Below are positions 26,413 to 41,440 of a stretch of 64,000 nt of DNA, one piece after another (positions within the stretch are counted from its first letter, which is position 1; every line of letters starts with the position of its first letter). The notes under the pieces were generated by a model. It was not told the origin of the DNA. It did no database searches and saw only the letters and a list, made by a program, of their open reading frames with translations. Position numbers and translations under genes: made by a program. This DNA comes from Escherichia coli (GTDB lineage Bacteria > Pseudomonadota > Gammaproteobacteria > Enterobacterales > Enterobacteriaceae). Location of the stretch: the NCBI RefSeq assembly GCF_048403405.1, contig NZ_CP183129.1; one strand, 5' to 3'.

Positions 26413-27294
26413 ATGGATCTGCGCCGTTTTATTACGCTTAAAACCGTGGTGGAAGAGGGTTCCTTTTTGCGAGCTTCGCAAAAATTGTGCTGCACACAAT
26501 CGACGGTGACTTTTCATATTCAGCAGCTTGAGCAGGAGTTCTCAGTCCAGTTATTTGAGAAAATTGGTCGACGAATGTGCCTTACCCGCGAAGGAAAAAA
26601 GCTGCTGCCGCACATTTATGAACTCACCAGAGTGATGGATATCCTTCGTGAGGCTGCCAAAAAAGAGTCGGATCCGGACGGGGAACTACGCGTTGTTTCA
26701 GGCGAAACGTTGCTTTCTTACCGAATACCGCAGGTGTTGCAGCGTTTTCGGCAACGCGCACCAAAAGTGCGTTTATCGTTGCAGTCGCTGAACTGTTACG
26801 TGATCCGTGATGCGCTACTGAATGATGAGGCTGATGTCGGGGTTTTTTATCGCGTAGGGAATGATGATGCCCTGAACCGACGAGAGTTGGGTAAACAATC
26901 GCTGGTGCTGGTGGCTTCACCGCAAATTAAAGATGTCGATTTTACTGAGCCGGGAAGACATAACGCCTGTAGTTTTATTATCAATGAACCGCAATGTGTC
27001 TTTCGCCAGCTATTTGAAAGTACGCTGCGCCAGCGACGGATCACGGTGGAAAACACCATTGAGCTTATAAGTATCGAAAGCATCAAGCGTTGTGTCGCGG
27101 CAAATATCGGGGTCAGTTACCTGCCGCGCTTTACAGTGGCAAATGAACTTGCGAGTGGCGAATTAATCGAATTGCCTTTTGGCGAACAGTCGCAGACCAT
27201 TACGGCCATGTGCGCTCACCATGCCGGAAAAGCGGTTAGCCCGGCGATGCACATTTTTATTCAGTGTGTTGAAGAGTGTTTTTTGCCGGGATAA
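26413..27294 (+). CDS. yfiE: LysR-family transcriptional regulator, 293 aa
   Basis: ORF track 26368..27294; start moved to ATG 26413 (MDLRRFITLK); N-terminal HTH; divergent from eamB. Confidence 0.85.
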   Translation: MDLRRFITLKTVVEEGSFLRASQKLCCTQSTVTFHIQQLEQEFSVQLFEKIGRRMCLTREGKKLLPHIYELTRVMDILREAAKKESDPDGELRVVSGETLLSYRIPQVLQRFRQRAPKVRLSLQSLNCYVIRDALLNDEADVGVFYRVGNDDALNRRELGKQSLVLVASPQIKDVDFTEPGRHNACSFIINEPQCVFRQLFESTLRQRRITVENTIELISIESIKRCVAANIGVSYLPRFTVANELASGELIELPFGEQSQTITAMCAHHAGKAVSPAMHIFIQCVEECFLPG

Positions 27295-27326
27295 AAATAA
27301 TGCCGGGCTTAAACCCGGCATTGAGA

Positions 27327-28661
27327 TTACTCTTCTGTCGTTTGCGGTGGCACGCCCGTTCCGCTCGGTTTACGGCGCTTACCAATATTTTTGGTGTCGC
27401 GATGGCGTTTTTTCACCCGCGGCTTCTCTTTCTCTTTAGCTTTTTTCTTCTCGGCGCGTTTTGCCAGTACTTTCTTCGATGGCTTGCCGGTCTGCTTCTC
27501 GCTTGGCGCACGCGTTTTCGGGCGTAACTCATCAATTACACGAGCTTTAATTGGCTCTTCAATATAGCGACCAACTTTGCCCAGCAGCAGATGGTCATGG
27601 GCTTCTACCAGCGAAATTGCGGTGCCTTTACGACCGGCGCGCGCGGTACGTCCGATACGGTGCAAATAAGTATCGCCACTGCGCGGCATATCGAAGTTAA
27701 AGACGTGGCTGACGTCAGGAATGTCGATACCGCGCGCGGCAACATCGGTTGCAACTAGTACGTTTACGCGACCTTCGGTCAAACGCTTGATCGCTTCGTT
27801 ACGCTTGCCTTGTACCATCTCACCTTCGAGATAGCAGTTGTTGATGCCCGCTTCGCGCAGCCAGTTTGCCAGCTCATGTACACGCTCACGCTTACGCACA
27901 AATACGATTGAGCGAGTCGCTTCCGGCTGTTTTAACAGGTGCACCAGCAACGCGGTTTTATGTTCCAGGTCATCGGCGCGGTAATACCACTGATGAATTT
28001 TTTTGCGCTCACGGGTGGAGGGATTCGCAGAAACTTCCACCGGATCTTCCAGCAGACGCTCGGCAAAGTCCTGAATCGCATCGCCTTCCAGCGTTGCGGA
28101 AAAGAGCAGGGTCTGTTTACGCCAGCGCGTTTCGCCAGCAATATGTTCGATATCCTGAGCGAAGCCCATATCCAGCATACGGTCTGCTTCGTCGAGGATT
28201 AGCGTTTCAACCGCGCGGCAATCGAAGTTCTCTTCTTTTATGTATTGCAGCAAACGTCCGGTCGTGGCGACCACGATGTCCTGATTTTCGCTGAACACTT
28301 CCGCGTGGTTCATATAGGCTACGCCGCCGGTGATGGTGGCGATATCCAGATGCGTATGTTTCGCCAGTTCGCGGGCATGATCGGCCACCTGCATCGCCAG
28401 CTCGCGAGTTGGGGTGAGGATCAAAATACGCGGCGGACCGGATTTCTTACGTGGGAAATCGAGCAGGTGCTGCAACGCTGGCAGCAGATACGCCGCCGTT
28501 TTACCGGTGCCTGTCGGCGCAGAACCGAGTACATCACGGCCATCGAGCGCAGGCGGAATGGCGGCAGCCTGAATGGCGGTCGGGCGAGTGAAACCTTTAT
28601 CCTGGAGGGCTTCCAGCAGGCTTTCGTCGAGTTCAAGTTCGGAAAAAGTCGTTACAGTCAT
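27327..28661 (-). CDS. srmB: DEAD-box ATP-dependent RNA helicase SrmB, 444 aa
   Basis: ORF 27327..28661 minus; GTGKT Walker A, DEAD box and basic C-terminal tail. Confidence 0.93.
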   Translation of the reverse strand: MTVTTFSELELDESLLEALQDKGFTRPTAIQAAAIPPALDGRDVLGSAPTGTGKTAAYLLPALQHLLDFPRKKSGPPRILILTPTRELAMQVADHARELAKHTHLDIATITGGVAYMNHAEVFSENQDIVVATTGRLLQYIKEENFDCRAVETLILDEADRMLDMGFAQDIEHIAGETRWRKQTLLFSATLEGDAIQDFAERLLEDPVEVSANPSTRERKKIHQWYYRADDLEHKTALLVHLLKQPEATRSIVFVRKRERVHELANWLREAGINNCYLEGEMVQGKRNEAIKRLTEGRVNVLVATDVAARGIDIPDVSHVFNFDMPRSGDTYLHRIGRTARAGRKGTAISLVEAHDHLLLGKVGRYIEEPIKARVIDELRPKTRAPSEKQTGKPSKKVLAKRAEKKKAKEKEKPRVKKRHRDTKNIGKRRKPSGTGVPPQTTEE

Positions 28662-28792
28662 GTTCTACCTCTGTGTGGGGCGCTGATTATAGACGTTACG
28701 GCTGCAATCTTCATCTGTTTGTATGGATATCGCTTCTCGGGTATTGTTCTCACCCGGTGCTATCGCCGTTTTTCCTGCAAGGTTTTATTTTC

Positions 28793-31161
<2,369 letters not shown>

Positions 31162-31434
31162 CGGTTTGGTCAGCATAGCATCATGTTGTGCGATTAAACA
31201 CCTGCTATTTTAATATTTGTTACAGTGGCTAAACACGCTGACTCAGGGCGGCGAGAAAAAGAGAAGTTACTGGCTGGTGGAGGATTAGGTGGTGAAATAA
31301 AAAGGCCGTTGGGTTACTCTTCAGGCAGATAAATGGGCATTTCTACACAGATAATGCGATGTTCAGATTCTGTAGACTTATAATGATAGATAATGATCCG
31401 TCTACAGCATGACAAACAAAAACAGATGCGTTAC

Positions 31435-31462
31435 GGAACTTTACAAAAACGAGACACTCTAA
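31435..31462 (+). promoter_or_regulatory. Sigma-E dependent promoter of rpoE (-35 GGAACTT, 16-bp spacer, -10 TCTAA)
   Basis: Match to the sigma-E consensus about 85 bp upstream of rpoE; rpoE autoregulation is established. Confidence 0.7.
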
Positions 31463-31544
31463 CCCTTTGCTTGCTCAAATTGCAGCTAATGGAGTGGCGT
31501 TTCGATAGCGCGTGGAAATTTGGTTTGGGGAGACTTTACCTCGG

Positions 31545-32120
31545 ATGAGCGAGCAGTTAACGGACCAGGTCCTGGTTGAACGGGTCCAGAAGGGAGATCA
31601 GAAAGCCTTTAACTTACTGGTAGTGCGCTATCAGCATAAAGTGGCGAGTCTGGTTTCCCGCTATGTGCCGTCGGGTGATGTTCCCGATGTGGTACAAGAA
31701 GTTTTTATTAAAGCCTATCGTGCGCTGGATTCGTTCCGGGGAGATAGCGCTTTTTATACATGGCTGTATCGGATTGCTGTAAATACAGCGAAAAATTACC
31801 TGGTTGCTCAGGGGCGTCGTCCACCTTCCAGTGATGTGGATGCCATTGAAGCTGAAAACTTCGAAAGTGGCGGCGCGTTGAAAGAAATTTCGAACCCTGA
31901 GAACTTAATGTTGTCAGAAGAACTGAGACAGATAGTTTTCCGAACTATTGAGTCCCTCCCGGAAGATTTACGCATGGCAATAACCTTGCGGGAGCTGGAT
32001 GGCCTGAGCTATGAAGAGATAGCCGCTATCATGGATTGTCCGGTAGGTACGGTGCGTTCACGTATCTTCCGAGCGAGGGAAGCTATTGATAACAAAGTTC
32101 AACCGCTTATCAGGCGTTGA
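31545..32120 (+). CDS. rpoE: RNA polymerase sigma-E (sigma-24) envelope stress factor, 191 aa
   Basis: ORF track 31512..32120; start moved to ATG 31545 (MSEQLTDQVLVERVQKGD); translation. Confidence 0.95.
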   Translation: MSEQLTDQVLVERVQKGDQKAFNLLVVRYQHKVASLVSRYVPSGDVPDVVQEVFIKAYRALDSFRGDSAFYTWLYRIAVNTAKNYLVAQGRRPPSSDVDAIEAENFESGGALKEISNPENLMLSEELRQIVFRTIESLPEDLRMAITLRELDGLSYEEIAAIMDCPVGTVRSRIFRAREAIDNKVQPLIRR

Positions 32121-32152
32121 CGATAGCGGGATACTGGATAAGGGTATTAGGC

Positions 32153-32803
32153 ATGCAGAAAGAACAACTTTCCGCTTTAATGGATGGCGAAACGCTGGAT
32201 AGTGAGCTGCTTAACGAACTGGCTCATAACCCAGAAATGCAGAAAACCTGGGAAAGCTATCACTTAATCCGTGACTCAATGCGGGGTGATACTCCCGAGG
32301 TGCTCCATTTCGATATCTCTTCACGCGTGATGGCCGCCATTGAAGAAGAGCCAGTACGTCAACCGGCGACATTGATCCCGGAAGCCCAGCCTGCGCCGCA
32401 TCAATGGCAGAAAATGCCATTCTGGCAGAAAGTACGTCCGTGGGCGGCACAGCTTACCCAAATGGGCGTAGCCGCATGCGTATCGCTTGCAGTTATCGTT
32501 GGCGTCCAGCACTATAATGGACAATCTGAAACGTCCCAGCAGCCCGAAACGCCGGTATTTAATACACTGCCGATGATGGGTAAAGCCAGCCCGGTAAGCC
32601 TGGGAGTACCTTCTGAAGCGACCGCAAACAATGGTCAACAGCAGCAGGTACAGGAGCAGCGTCGTCGCATTAATGCAATGTTGCAGGATTACGAACTGCA
32701 ACGCCGACTCCACTCTGAACAGCTTCAGTTTGAGCAGGCGCAAACCCAGCAAGCCGCTGTACAGGTGCCAGGAATTCAAACTTTAGGAACGCAATCGCAG
32801 TAA
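32153..32803 (+). CDS. rseA: Anti-sigma-E factor RseA, 216 aa
   Basis: ORF track 32117..32803; start moved to ATG 32153 (MQKEQLSALMDGE); single transmembrane segment and Gln-rich periplasmic part. Confidence 0.93.
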   Translation: MQKEQLSALMDGETLDSELLNELAHNPEMQKTWESYHLIRDSMRGDTPEVLHFDISSRVMAAIEEEPVRQPATLIPEAQPAPHQWQKMPFWQKVRPWAAQLTQMGVAACVSLAVIVGVQHYNGQSETSQQPETPVFNTLPMMGKASPVSLGVPSEATANNGQQQQVQEQRRRINAMLQDYELQRRLHSEQLQFEQAQTQQAAVQVPGIQTLGTQSQ

Positions 32804-33759
32804 TGAAGCAACTTTGGTTTGCCATGTCATTAGTGACAGGTAGCCTGTTATTCTCTGCTAACGCCTCGGCCACTCCCGCGTCCGGGGCGTTATTACAGCA
32901 GATGAACCTGGCCAGTCAGTCACTGAATTACGAGCTGTCATTCATCAGCATCAATAAACAGGGTGTTGAGTCTCTGCGTTATCGACATGCACGCCTCGAT
33001 AACCGTCCTCTTGCACAATTGTTGCAAATGGATGGCCCGCGCCGGGAAGTGGTACAGCGCGGCAATGAAATCAGCTATTTTGAACCGGGACTTGAACCGT
33101 TCACGCTTAATGGCGATTACATTGTTGATTCTCTACCATCGCTCATCTATACCGATTTCAAACGCCTTTCTCCTTACTACGACTTTATCTCCGTCGGGCG
33201 CACGCGTATTGCTGATCGTCTTTGCGAAGTCATTCGTGTGGTTGCCCGAGATGGTACACGCTACAGCTACATCGTGTGGATGGACACCGAATCGAAATTA
33301 CCGATGCGGGTTGATCTCCTTGATCGCGATGGTGAAACGCTGGAACAATTTCGCGTGATTGCTTTTAATGTCAATCAGGATATCAGCAGCAGTATGCAGA
33401 CGTTGGCGAAGGCAAATTTGCCGCCGTTGCTTTCTGTTCCTGTAGGTGAAAAAGCTAAATTCAGCTGGACGCCAACCTGGTTGCCACAGGGTTTTAGCGA
33501 AGTTTCCAGTAGTCGACGTCCGCTACCGACGATGGACAACATGCCTATCGAATCACGTCTCTATTCCGACGGATTATTCAGCTTTTCGGTAAACGTTAAC
33601 CGCGCTACGCCATCGAGCACCGATCAGATGTTGCGCACCGGACGCAGAACCGTCAGTACAAGCGTACGTGATAACGCCGAAATCACCATTGTCGGTGAAC
33701 TGCCGCCGCAAACGGCGAAACGCATTGCCGAGAATATTAAGTTCGGGGCAGCGCAATGA
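32803..33759 (+). CDS. rseB: Sigma-E regulatory protein RseB (periplasmic), 318 aa
   Basis: ORF 32803..33759; signal peptide; start overlaps rseA stop (TAATG). Confidence 0.93.
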   Translation: MKQLWFAMSLVTGSLLFSANASATPASGALLQQMNLASQSLNYELSFISINKQGVESLRYRHARLDNRPLAQLLQMDGPRREVVQRGNEISYFEPGLEPFTLNGDYIVDSLPSLIYTDFKRLSPYYDFISVGRTRIADRLCEVIRVVARDGTRYSYIVWMDTESKLPMRVDLLDRDGETLEQFRVIAFNVNQDISSSMQTLAKANLPPLLSVPVGEKAKFSWTPTWLPQGFSEVSSSRRPLPTMDNMPIESRLYSDGLFSFSVNVNRATPSSTDQMLRTGRRTVSTSVRDNAEITIVGELPPQTAKRIAENIKFGAAQ

Positions 33760-34235
33760 TCAAAGAGTGGGCTACCGTCATCTCCTGGGAAAACGGGCAG
33801 GCGCTGGTTAGTTGTGATGTTAAAGCCTCATGCAGCAGCTGCGCTTCACGCGCCGGTTGCGGTAGCCGCGTGTTGAATAAACTTGGCCCGCAAACCACGC
33901 ATACCATTGTCGTACCCTGTGATGAGCCGTTAGTGCCGGGGCAAAAAGTAGAATTAGGAATCGCCGAAGGCAGCCTGCTTAGCTCCGCATTACTGGTTTA
34001 TATGTCGCCGTTGATGGGACTATTCCTCATCGCTTCACTATTTCAGCTACTCTTTGCTTCAGATATTGCAGCATTATGCGGTGCGATTCTCGGTGGCGTT
34101 GGTGGATTCCTGATTGCACGTGGCTGCTCTCGAAAGTTTGCTGCCCGGTCTGAATGGCAACCGATCATCTTAAGCGTGGCCTTGCCGCCTGGCCTTGTGC
34201 GATTTGAAACATCTTCGGAAGACGCGAGCCAGTGA
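33756..34235 (+). CDS. rseC: Sigma-E regulatory protein RseC, 159 aa
   Basis: ORF 33756..34235; overlaps rseB stop by 4 nt; membrane protein. Confidence 0.9.
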   Translation: MIKEWATVISWENGQALVSCDVKASCSSCASRAGCGSRVLNKLGPQTTHTIVVPCDEPLVPGQKVELGIAEGSLLSSALLVYMSPLMGLFLIASLFQLLFASDIAALCGAILGGVGGFLIARGCSRKFAARSEWQPIILSVALPPGLVRFETSSEDASQ

Positions 34236-34432
34236 TTTCACTGGCTTTGTTGCATTTTGCATAACAAATGCGAGGACGTTTCCAGATACCACAATCCATA
34301 CGGTATGAACATTTCCTCGCCTCAATGTTGTAGTGTAGAATGCGGCGTTTCTATTAATACAGACGTTAAGCTCAGAACAGCGACTTCTAAAAGCCTGGTT
34401 AACCGGGCATTAAGGCACAATAATCATACTTT

Positions 34433-36232
34433 ATGAAGAATATACGTAACTTTTCGATCATAGCTCACATTGACCACGGTAAATCGACGCTGTCTGACCG
34501 TATTATCCAGATCTGCGGTGGCCTGTCTGACCGTGAAATGGAGGCGCAGGTTCTCGATTCCATGGATCTTGAGCGTGAGCGTGGCATTACCATCAAAGCG
34601 CAAAGCGTGACGCTGGACTACAAAGCGTCTGACGGCGAAACCTATCAGCTTAACTTTATCGACACCCCGGGCCACGTTGACTTCTCTTATGAAGTTTCTC
34701 GTTCGCTGGCTGCCTGTGAAGGTGCATTGCTGGTGGTCGACGCCGGGCAGGGCGTAGAAGCGCAAACCCTGGCAAACTGCTACACCGCCATGGAAATGGA
34801 TCTCGAAGTGGTGCCGGTACTGAACAAGATTGACCTGCCGGCAGCCGATCCTGAACGCGTGGCGGAAGAAATTGAAGATATTGTCGGCATCGACGCCACC
34901 GACGCGGTGCGCTGTTCAGCGAAAACCGGCGTTGGCGTACAGGACGTTCTCGAACGTCTGGTGCGCGACATTCCGCCGCCGGAAGGCGATCCGGAAGGCC
35001 CGTTGCAGGCACTCATTATCGACTCCTGGTTCGACAACTACCTGGGCGTTGTTTCACTTATCCGTATTAAAAACGGCACCCTGCGTAAGGGCGACAAAGT
35101 GAAAGTCATGAGTACCGGGCAGACCTATAACGCCGACCGTCTGGGCATCTTCACGCCAAAACAGGTTGACCGTACTGAACTGAAATGCGGCGAAGTAGGC
35201 TGGCTGGTATGTGCGATTAAAGATATCCACGGCGCTCCAGTAGGCGATACCTTAACGCTGGCGCGTAATCCGGCAGAAAAGGCGCTGCCTGGCTTTAAGA
35301 AAGTCAAACCGCAGGTATACGCCGGTCTGTTCCCGGTAAGTTCCGACGACTATGAAGCCTTCCGTGATGCGCTGGGTAAACTCAGCCTGAACGATGCCTC
35401 ACTGTTCTATGAGCCGGAAAGCTCAAGCGCGCTGGGCTTTGGTTTCCGCTGCGGCTTCCTCGGTCTGCTGCACATGGAGATCATCCAGGAACGTCTGGAA
35501 CGTGAATACGATCTGGATCTGATTACCACTGCGCCGACCGTAGTGTATGAAGTTGAAACCACGTCAAGAGAAGTTATCTACGTCGACAGCCCATCCAAGC
35601 TGCCAGCGGTAAATAACATCTACGAACTGCGCGAGCCGATTGCAGAATGTCACATGCTGCTGCCGCAGGCATATCTCGGCAACGTTATTACGCTGTGCGT
35701 AGAAAAACGCGGCGTGCAGACCAATATGGTTTACCACGGTAATCAGGTGGCGCTGACGTACGAGATCCCGATGGCGGAAGTGGTGCTCGATTTCTTCGAT
35801 CGCCTGAAATCTACCTCGCGTGGTTATGCGTCTCTGGATTACAACTTCAAACGCTTCCAGGCGTCCGACATGGTACGTGTAGACGTATTAATCAACGGTG
35901 AACGTGTTGATGCGCTGGCGTTGATCACCCACCGTGATAATTCGCAAAACCGCGGTCGCGAGCTGGTGGAGAAGATGAAAGATCTAATCCCACGCCAGCA
36001 GTTTGATATCGCTATTCAGGCAGCGATTGGTACGCACATCATTGCGCGCTCCACCGTGAAACAGCTGCGTAAAAACGTACTGGCTAAATGTTATGGCGGC
36101 GATATCAGCCGTAAGAAAAAGCTGCTGCAGAAGCAGAAAGAAGGTAAGAAACGCATGAAGCAGATCGGTAACGTCGAGCTGCCGCAGGAAGCGTTCCTCG
36201 CCATTCTGCACGTCGGCAAAGACAACAAATAA
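34433..36232 (+). CDS. lepA: Elongation factor 4 (LepA) GTPase, 599 aa
   Basis: ORF 34433..36232; [10 protein letters not shown]1 motif and conserved C-terminus. Confidence 0.95.
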
Positions 36233-36247
36233 CCCTTAGGAGTTGGC

Positions 36248-37222
36248 ATGGCGAATATGTTTGCCCTGATTCTGGTGATTGCCACACTAGTGACGGGCAT
36301 TTTATGGTGCGTGGATAAATTCTTTTTCGCACCTAAACGGCGGGAACGTCAGGCAGCGGCGCAGGCGGCTGCCGGTGACTCACTGGATAAAGCAACACTG
36401 AAAAAGGTTGCGCCGAAGCCTGGCTGGCTGGAAACCGGTGCTTCTGTTTTTCCGGTGCTGGCTATCGTATTGATTGTGCGTTCGTTTATTTATGAACCGT
36501 TCCAGATCCCGTCAGGTTCGATGATGCCGACTCTGTTAATCGGTGATTTTATTCTGGTAGAGAAGTTTGCTTATGGCATTAAAGATCCTATCTACCAGAA
36601 AACGCTGATCGAAACCGGTCATCCGAAACGCGGCGATATCGTGGTCTTTAAATATCCGGAAGATCCAAAGCTTGATTACATCAAGCGCGCGGTGGGTTTA
36701 CCGGGCGATAAAGTCACTTACGATCCGGTCTCAAAAGAGCTGACGATTCAACCGGGATGCAGTTCCGGCCAGGCGTGTGAAAACGCGCTGCCGGTCACCT
36801 ACTCAAACGTGGAACCGAGCGATTTCGTTCAGACCTTCTCACGCCGTAATGGTGGGGAAGCGACCAGCGGATTCTTTGAAGTGCCGAAAAACGAAACCAA
36901 AGAAAATGGAATTCGTCTTTCCGAGCGTAAAGAGACACTGGGTGATGTGACGCACCGCATTCTGACAGTGCCGATTGCGCAGGATCAGGTGGGGATGTAT
37001 TACCAGCAGCCAGGGCAACAACTGGCAACCTGGATTGTTCCTCCGGGACAATACTTCATGATGGGTGACAACCGCGACAACAGCGCGGACAGCCGTTACT
37101 GGGGCTTTGTGCCGGAAGCGAATCTGGTCGGTCGGGCAACGGCTATCTGGATGAGCTTCGATAAGCAAGAAGGCGAATGGCCGACAGGTGTGCGCTTAAG
37201 TCGCATTGGCGGCATCCATTAA
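36248..37222 (+). CDS. lepB: Signal peptidase I (leader peptidase), 324 aa
   Basis: ORF 36248..37222; catalytic SGSMMPTL motif. Confidence 0.95.
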   Translation: MANMFALILVIATLVTGILWCVDKFFFAPKRRERQAAAQAAAGDSLDKATLKKVAPKPGWLETGASVFPVLAIVLIVRSFIYEPFQIPSGSMMPTLLIGDFILVEKFAYGIKDPIYQKTLIETGHPKRGDIVVFKYPEDPKLDYIKRAVGLPGDKVTYDPVSKELTIQPGCSSGQACENALPVTYSNVEPSDFVQTFSRRNGGEATSGFFEVPKNETKENGIRLSERKETLGDVTHRILTVPIAQDQVGMYYQQPGQQLATWIVPPGQYFMMGDNRDNSADSRYWGFVPEANLVGRATAIWMSFDKQEGEWPTGVRLSRIGGIH

Positions 37223-37234
37223 TAGCCCATCTTC

Positions 37235-37269
37235 ATTCACGTTGTCGCCGTTATGGCGACAACGTGAAT
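37235..37269 (+). terminator. Perfect 15-bp-stem hairpin after lepB (ATTCACGTTGTCGCC-GTTAT-GGCGACAACGTGAAT)
   Basis: Inverted repeat read directly 13 bp after the lepB stop; followed by an A/T-rich stretch. Confidence 0.65.
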
Positions 37270-37367
37270 TATTTATGAGATAAATCTCCCGTGGCTAACG
37301 ACATCCCCCGTCGTTGTGTATAGAATATTCCCCCGAAGTTTAAGGTTGGCACCTCCAGGTTGCCACG

Positions 37368-37461
37368 GCACACGAAACAGCGTTGGTCCCCATATACCGG
37401 TAAACTGAAACTGCAGCGAAGCAGTTAGCAGAACCATGTATATCAGGTCTGTTTCGTGTGC
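37368..37461 (+). promoter_or_regulatory. rnc 5' leader long-range stem (GCACACGAAACAG pairs with CTGTTTCGTGTGC); candidate RNase III autoregulatory processing structure
   Basis: 13-nt perfect complementarity read directly; rnc leader cleavage by RNase III is established. Confidence 0.55.
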
Positions 37462-37464
37462 TGA

Positions 37465-39077
<1,613 letters not shown>

Positions 39078-39088
39078 GAGTAACTCCG

Positions 39089-39817
39089 ATGGAAGGCTGG
39101 CAGCGCGCATTTGTCCTGCATAGTCGCCCGTGGAGCGAAACCAGCCTGATGCTGGACGTCTTCACGGAGGAATCGGGTCGCGTGCGTCTGGTTGCCAAAG
39201 GCGCACGCTCTAAACGCTCTACTCTGAAAGGTGCATTACAGCCTTTCACCCCTCTCTTGCTACGTTTCGGCGGGCGTGGCGAAGTCAAAACGCTGCGCAG
39301 TGCTGAAGCCGTCTCGCTGGCGCTGCCATTAAGCGGTATCACGCTTTACAGCGGTCTGTACATCAACGAACTTCTCTCCCGCGTACTGGAATACGAGACG
39401 CGCTTCTCTGAACTCTTTTTCGATTACTTGCACTGCATTCAGTCTCTTGCAGGTGCCACTGGTACGCCAGAACCCGCGCTGCGCCGCTTTGAACTGGCAC
39501 TGCTCGGGCATCTGGGCTATGGCGTCAATTTTACCCATTGTGCGGGTAGCGGCGAGCCGGTAGATGACACCATGACGTATCGTTATCGCGAAGAAAAAGG
39601 GTTTATCGCAAGCGTCGTTATCGACAATAAAACGTTCACCGGAAGGCAGTTAAAAGCGTTAAACGCGCGGGAATTTCCTGACGCAGACACACTGCGCGCC
39701 GCGAAACGCTTTACCCGCATGGCGCTTAAGCCGTATCTTGGCGGTAAACCATTAAAGAGCAGGGAACTGTTCCGGCAGTTTATGCCTAAGCGAACGGTGA
39801 AAACACATTATGAATGA
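39089..39817 (+). CDS. recO: DNA repair protein RecO, 242 aa
   Basis: ORF 39089..39817; translation. Confidence 0.93.
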
Positions 39818-39828
39818 TGAGGATTGTC

Positions 39829-40560
39829 ATGGCTGAATTACTGTTAGGCGTCAACATTGACCATATTGCAACGCTGCGTAACGCACGCGGTACTGCTTAC
39901 CCGGATCCGGTGCAGGCGGCGTTTATTGCTGAGCAGGCGGGAGCGGACGGCATTACCGTGCATTTACGTGAAGATCGCCGCCACATTACTGACCGTGATG
40001 TGCGCATCCTGCGTCAGACGCTGGATACCCGCATGAATCTGGAGATGGCGGTGACCGAAGAGATGCTGGCGATCGCCGTTGAGACGAAGCCACATTTTTG
40101 CTGTCTGGTACCGGAAAAGCGTCAGGAAGTAACAACCGAAGGCGGCCTGGACGTCGCAGGGCAGCGTGACAAAATGCGCGATGCCTGTAAACGTCTGGCG
40201 GAGGCCGGGATCCAGGTTTCTCTGTTTATCGACGCCGATGAAGGGCAGATCAAAGCTGCGGCAGAGGTTGGCGCACCGTTTATCGAGATCCACACCGGTT
40301 GCTATGCTGATGCCAAAACTGACGCCGAACAGGCGCAAGAGCTGGCGCGTATCGCCAAAGCCGCGACCTTTGCCGCTAGTCTCGGTCTGAAAGTTAACGC
40401 TGGTCACGGTCTGACCTATCACAACGTGAAAGCTATTGCCGCCATCCCTGAGATGCATGAACTGAATATCGGTCATGCCATTATTGGTCGTGCAGTGATG
40501 ACCGGACTGAAAGATGCGGTGGCAGAAATGAAGCGTTTGATGCTGGAAGCGCGTGGCTAA
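39829..40560 (+). CDS. pdxJ: Pyridoxine 5'-phosphate synthase, 243 aa
   Basis: ORF track 39814..40560; start moved to ATG 39829 ([21 protein letters not shown]). Confidence 0.94.
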   Translation: MAELLLGVNIDHIATLRNARGTAYPDPVQAAFIAEQAGADGITVHLREDRRHITDRDVRILRQTLDTRMNLEMAVTEEMLAIAVETKPHFCCLVPEKRQEVTTEGGLDVAGQRDKMRDACKRLAEAGIQVSLFIDADEGQIKAAAEVGAPFIEIHTGCYADAKTDAEQAQELARIAKAATFAASLGLKVNAGHGLTYHNVKAIAAIPEMHELNIGHAIIGRAVMTGLKDAVAEMKRLMLEARG

Positions 40561-40940
40561 TGGCAATATTAGGTTTAGGTACGGATATTGTGGAGATCGC
40601 TCGCATTGAAGCGGTGATCACCCGATCCGGTGAGCGCCTGGCACGCCGCGTATTAAGCGATAACGAATGGGAAATTTGGAAAACGCACCACCAGCCGGTG
40701 CGTTTTCTGGCGAAACGCTTTGCCGTAAAAGAAGCCGCAGCAAAAGCGTTTGGCACCGGGATCCGCAATGGTCTGGCGTTTAATCAGTTTGAAGTATTTA
40801 ACGATGAGCTTGGTAAGCCACGGCTGCGACTGTGGGGCGAGGCATTAAAACTGGCGGAAAAGCTCGGCGTTGTAAATATGCATGTAACGCTGGCAGATGA
40901 ACGCCACTATGCTTGCGCCACGGTAATTATTGAAAGTTAA
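40560..40940 (+). CDS. acpS: Holo-[acyl-carrier-protein] synthase, 126 aa
   Basis: ORF 40560..40940; start overlaps pdxJ stop (TAATG); translation. Confidence 0.94.
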   Translation: MAILGLGTDIVEIARIEAVITRSGERLARRVLSDNEWEIWKTHHQPVRFLAKRFAVKEAAAKAFGTGIRNGLAFNQFEVFNDELGKPRLRLWGEALKLAEKLGVVNMHVTLADERHYACATVIIES

Positions 40941-40963
40941 AATAATACCGTTCTCTTTAAAAA

Positions 40964-41004
40964 GTAAAACCCCCGAACTGGTAAGGAACAGGGGGTTTAC
41001 TTTA
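40964..41004 (+). terminator. Intrinsic terminator after acpS (GTAAAACCCCC...GGGGGTTTAC plus T-rich tail)
   Basis: Inverted repeat read directly. Confidence 0.7.
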
Positions 41005-41359
41005 CAACTTTAATTTTGTGCAGCACGCACCCTCAACAAGAGCGATTATGGATCAGGGCGGTTATCTTTTACAAGCAACTTGCAATCTTTAGCATAAAAA
41101 CTCGAGCCTTTACGAAGAAAACAATATTGATGGAAAGATTAACGTGACCGCCAATTCGGAAGTACATTAAAATTGGCTTCGTTATTGGCGATTTTGCTGT
41201 GCTTTATACCATGCCACAGAATTCCCCCATTGAAACGAGTGGTGTCGTCAAAGCTCTGGTGTGGAGTGCAGCATGCACCCTCAATAACTCGCACGTTCAG
41301 TTTTGGGGAGATGTAAGGGCTAATCTGAACGGCTGCATTCCTTGTTTAAGGAAAAACGA

Positions 41360-41440
41360 ATGACTGATTGCCGATACCTTATTAAACGGGTCATCAAAAT
41401 CATCATTGCTGTTTTACAGCTGATCCTTCTGTTCTTATAA
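41360..41440 (+). CDS. shoB: Small hydrophobic toxic peptide of the shoB-ohsC type I toxin-antitoxin locus, 26 aa (MTDCRYLIKRVIKIIIAVLQLILLFL)
   Basis: ATGACTGATTGCCGATACCTTATTAAACGGGTCATCAAAATCATCATTGCTGTTTTACAGCTGATCCTTCTGTTCTTATAA read directly; below the ORF-track size cutoff; location between acpS and yfhL. Confidence 0.8.
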   Translation: MTDCRYLIKRVIKIIIAVLQLILLFL

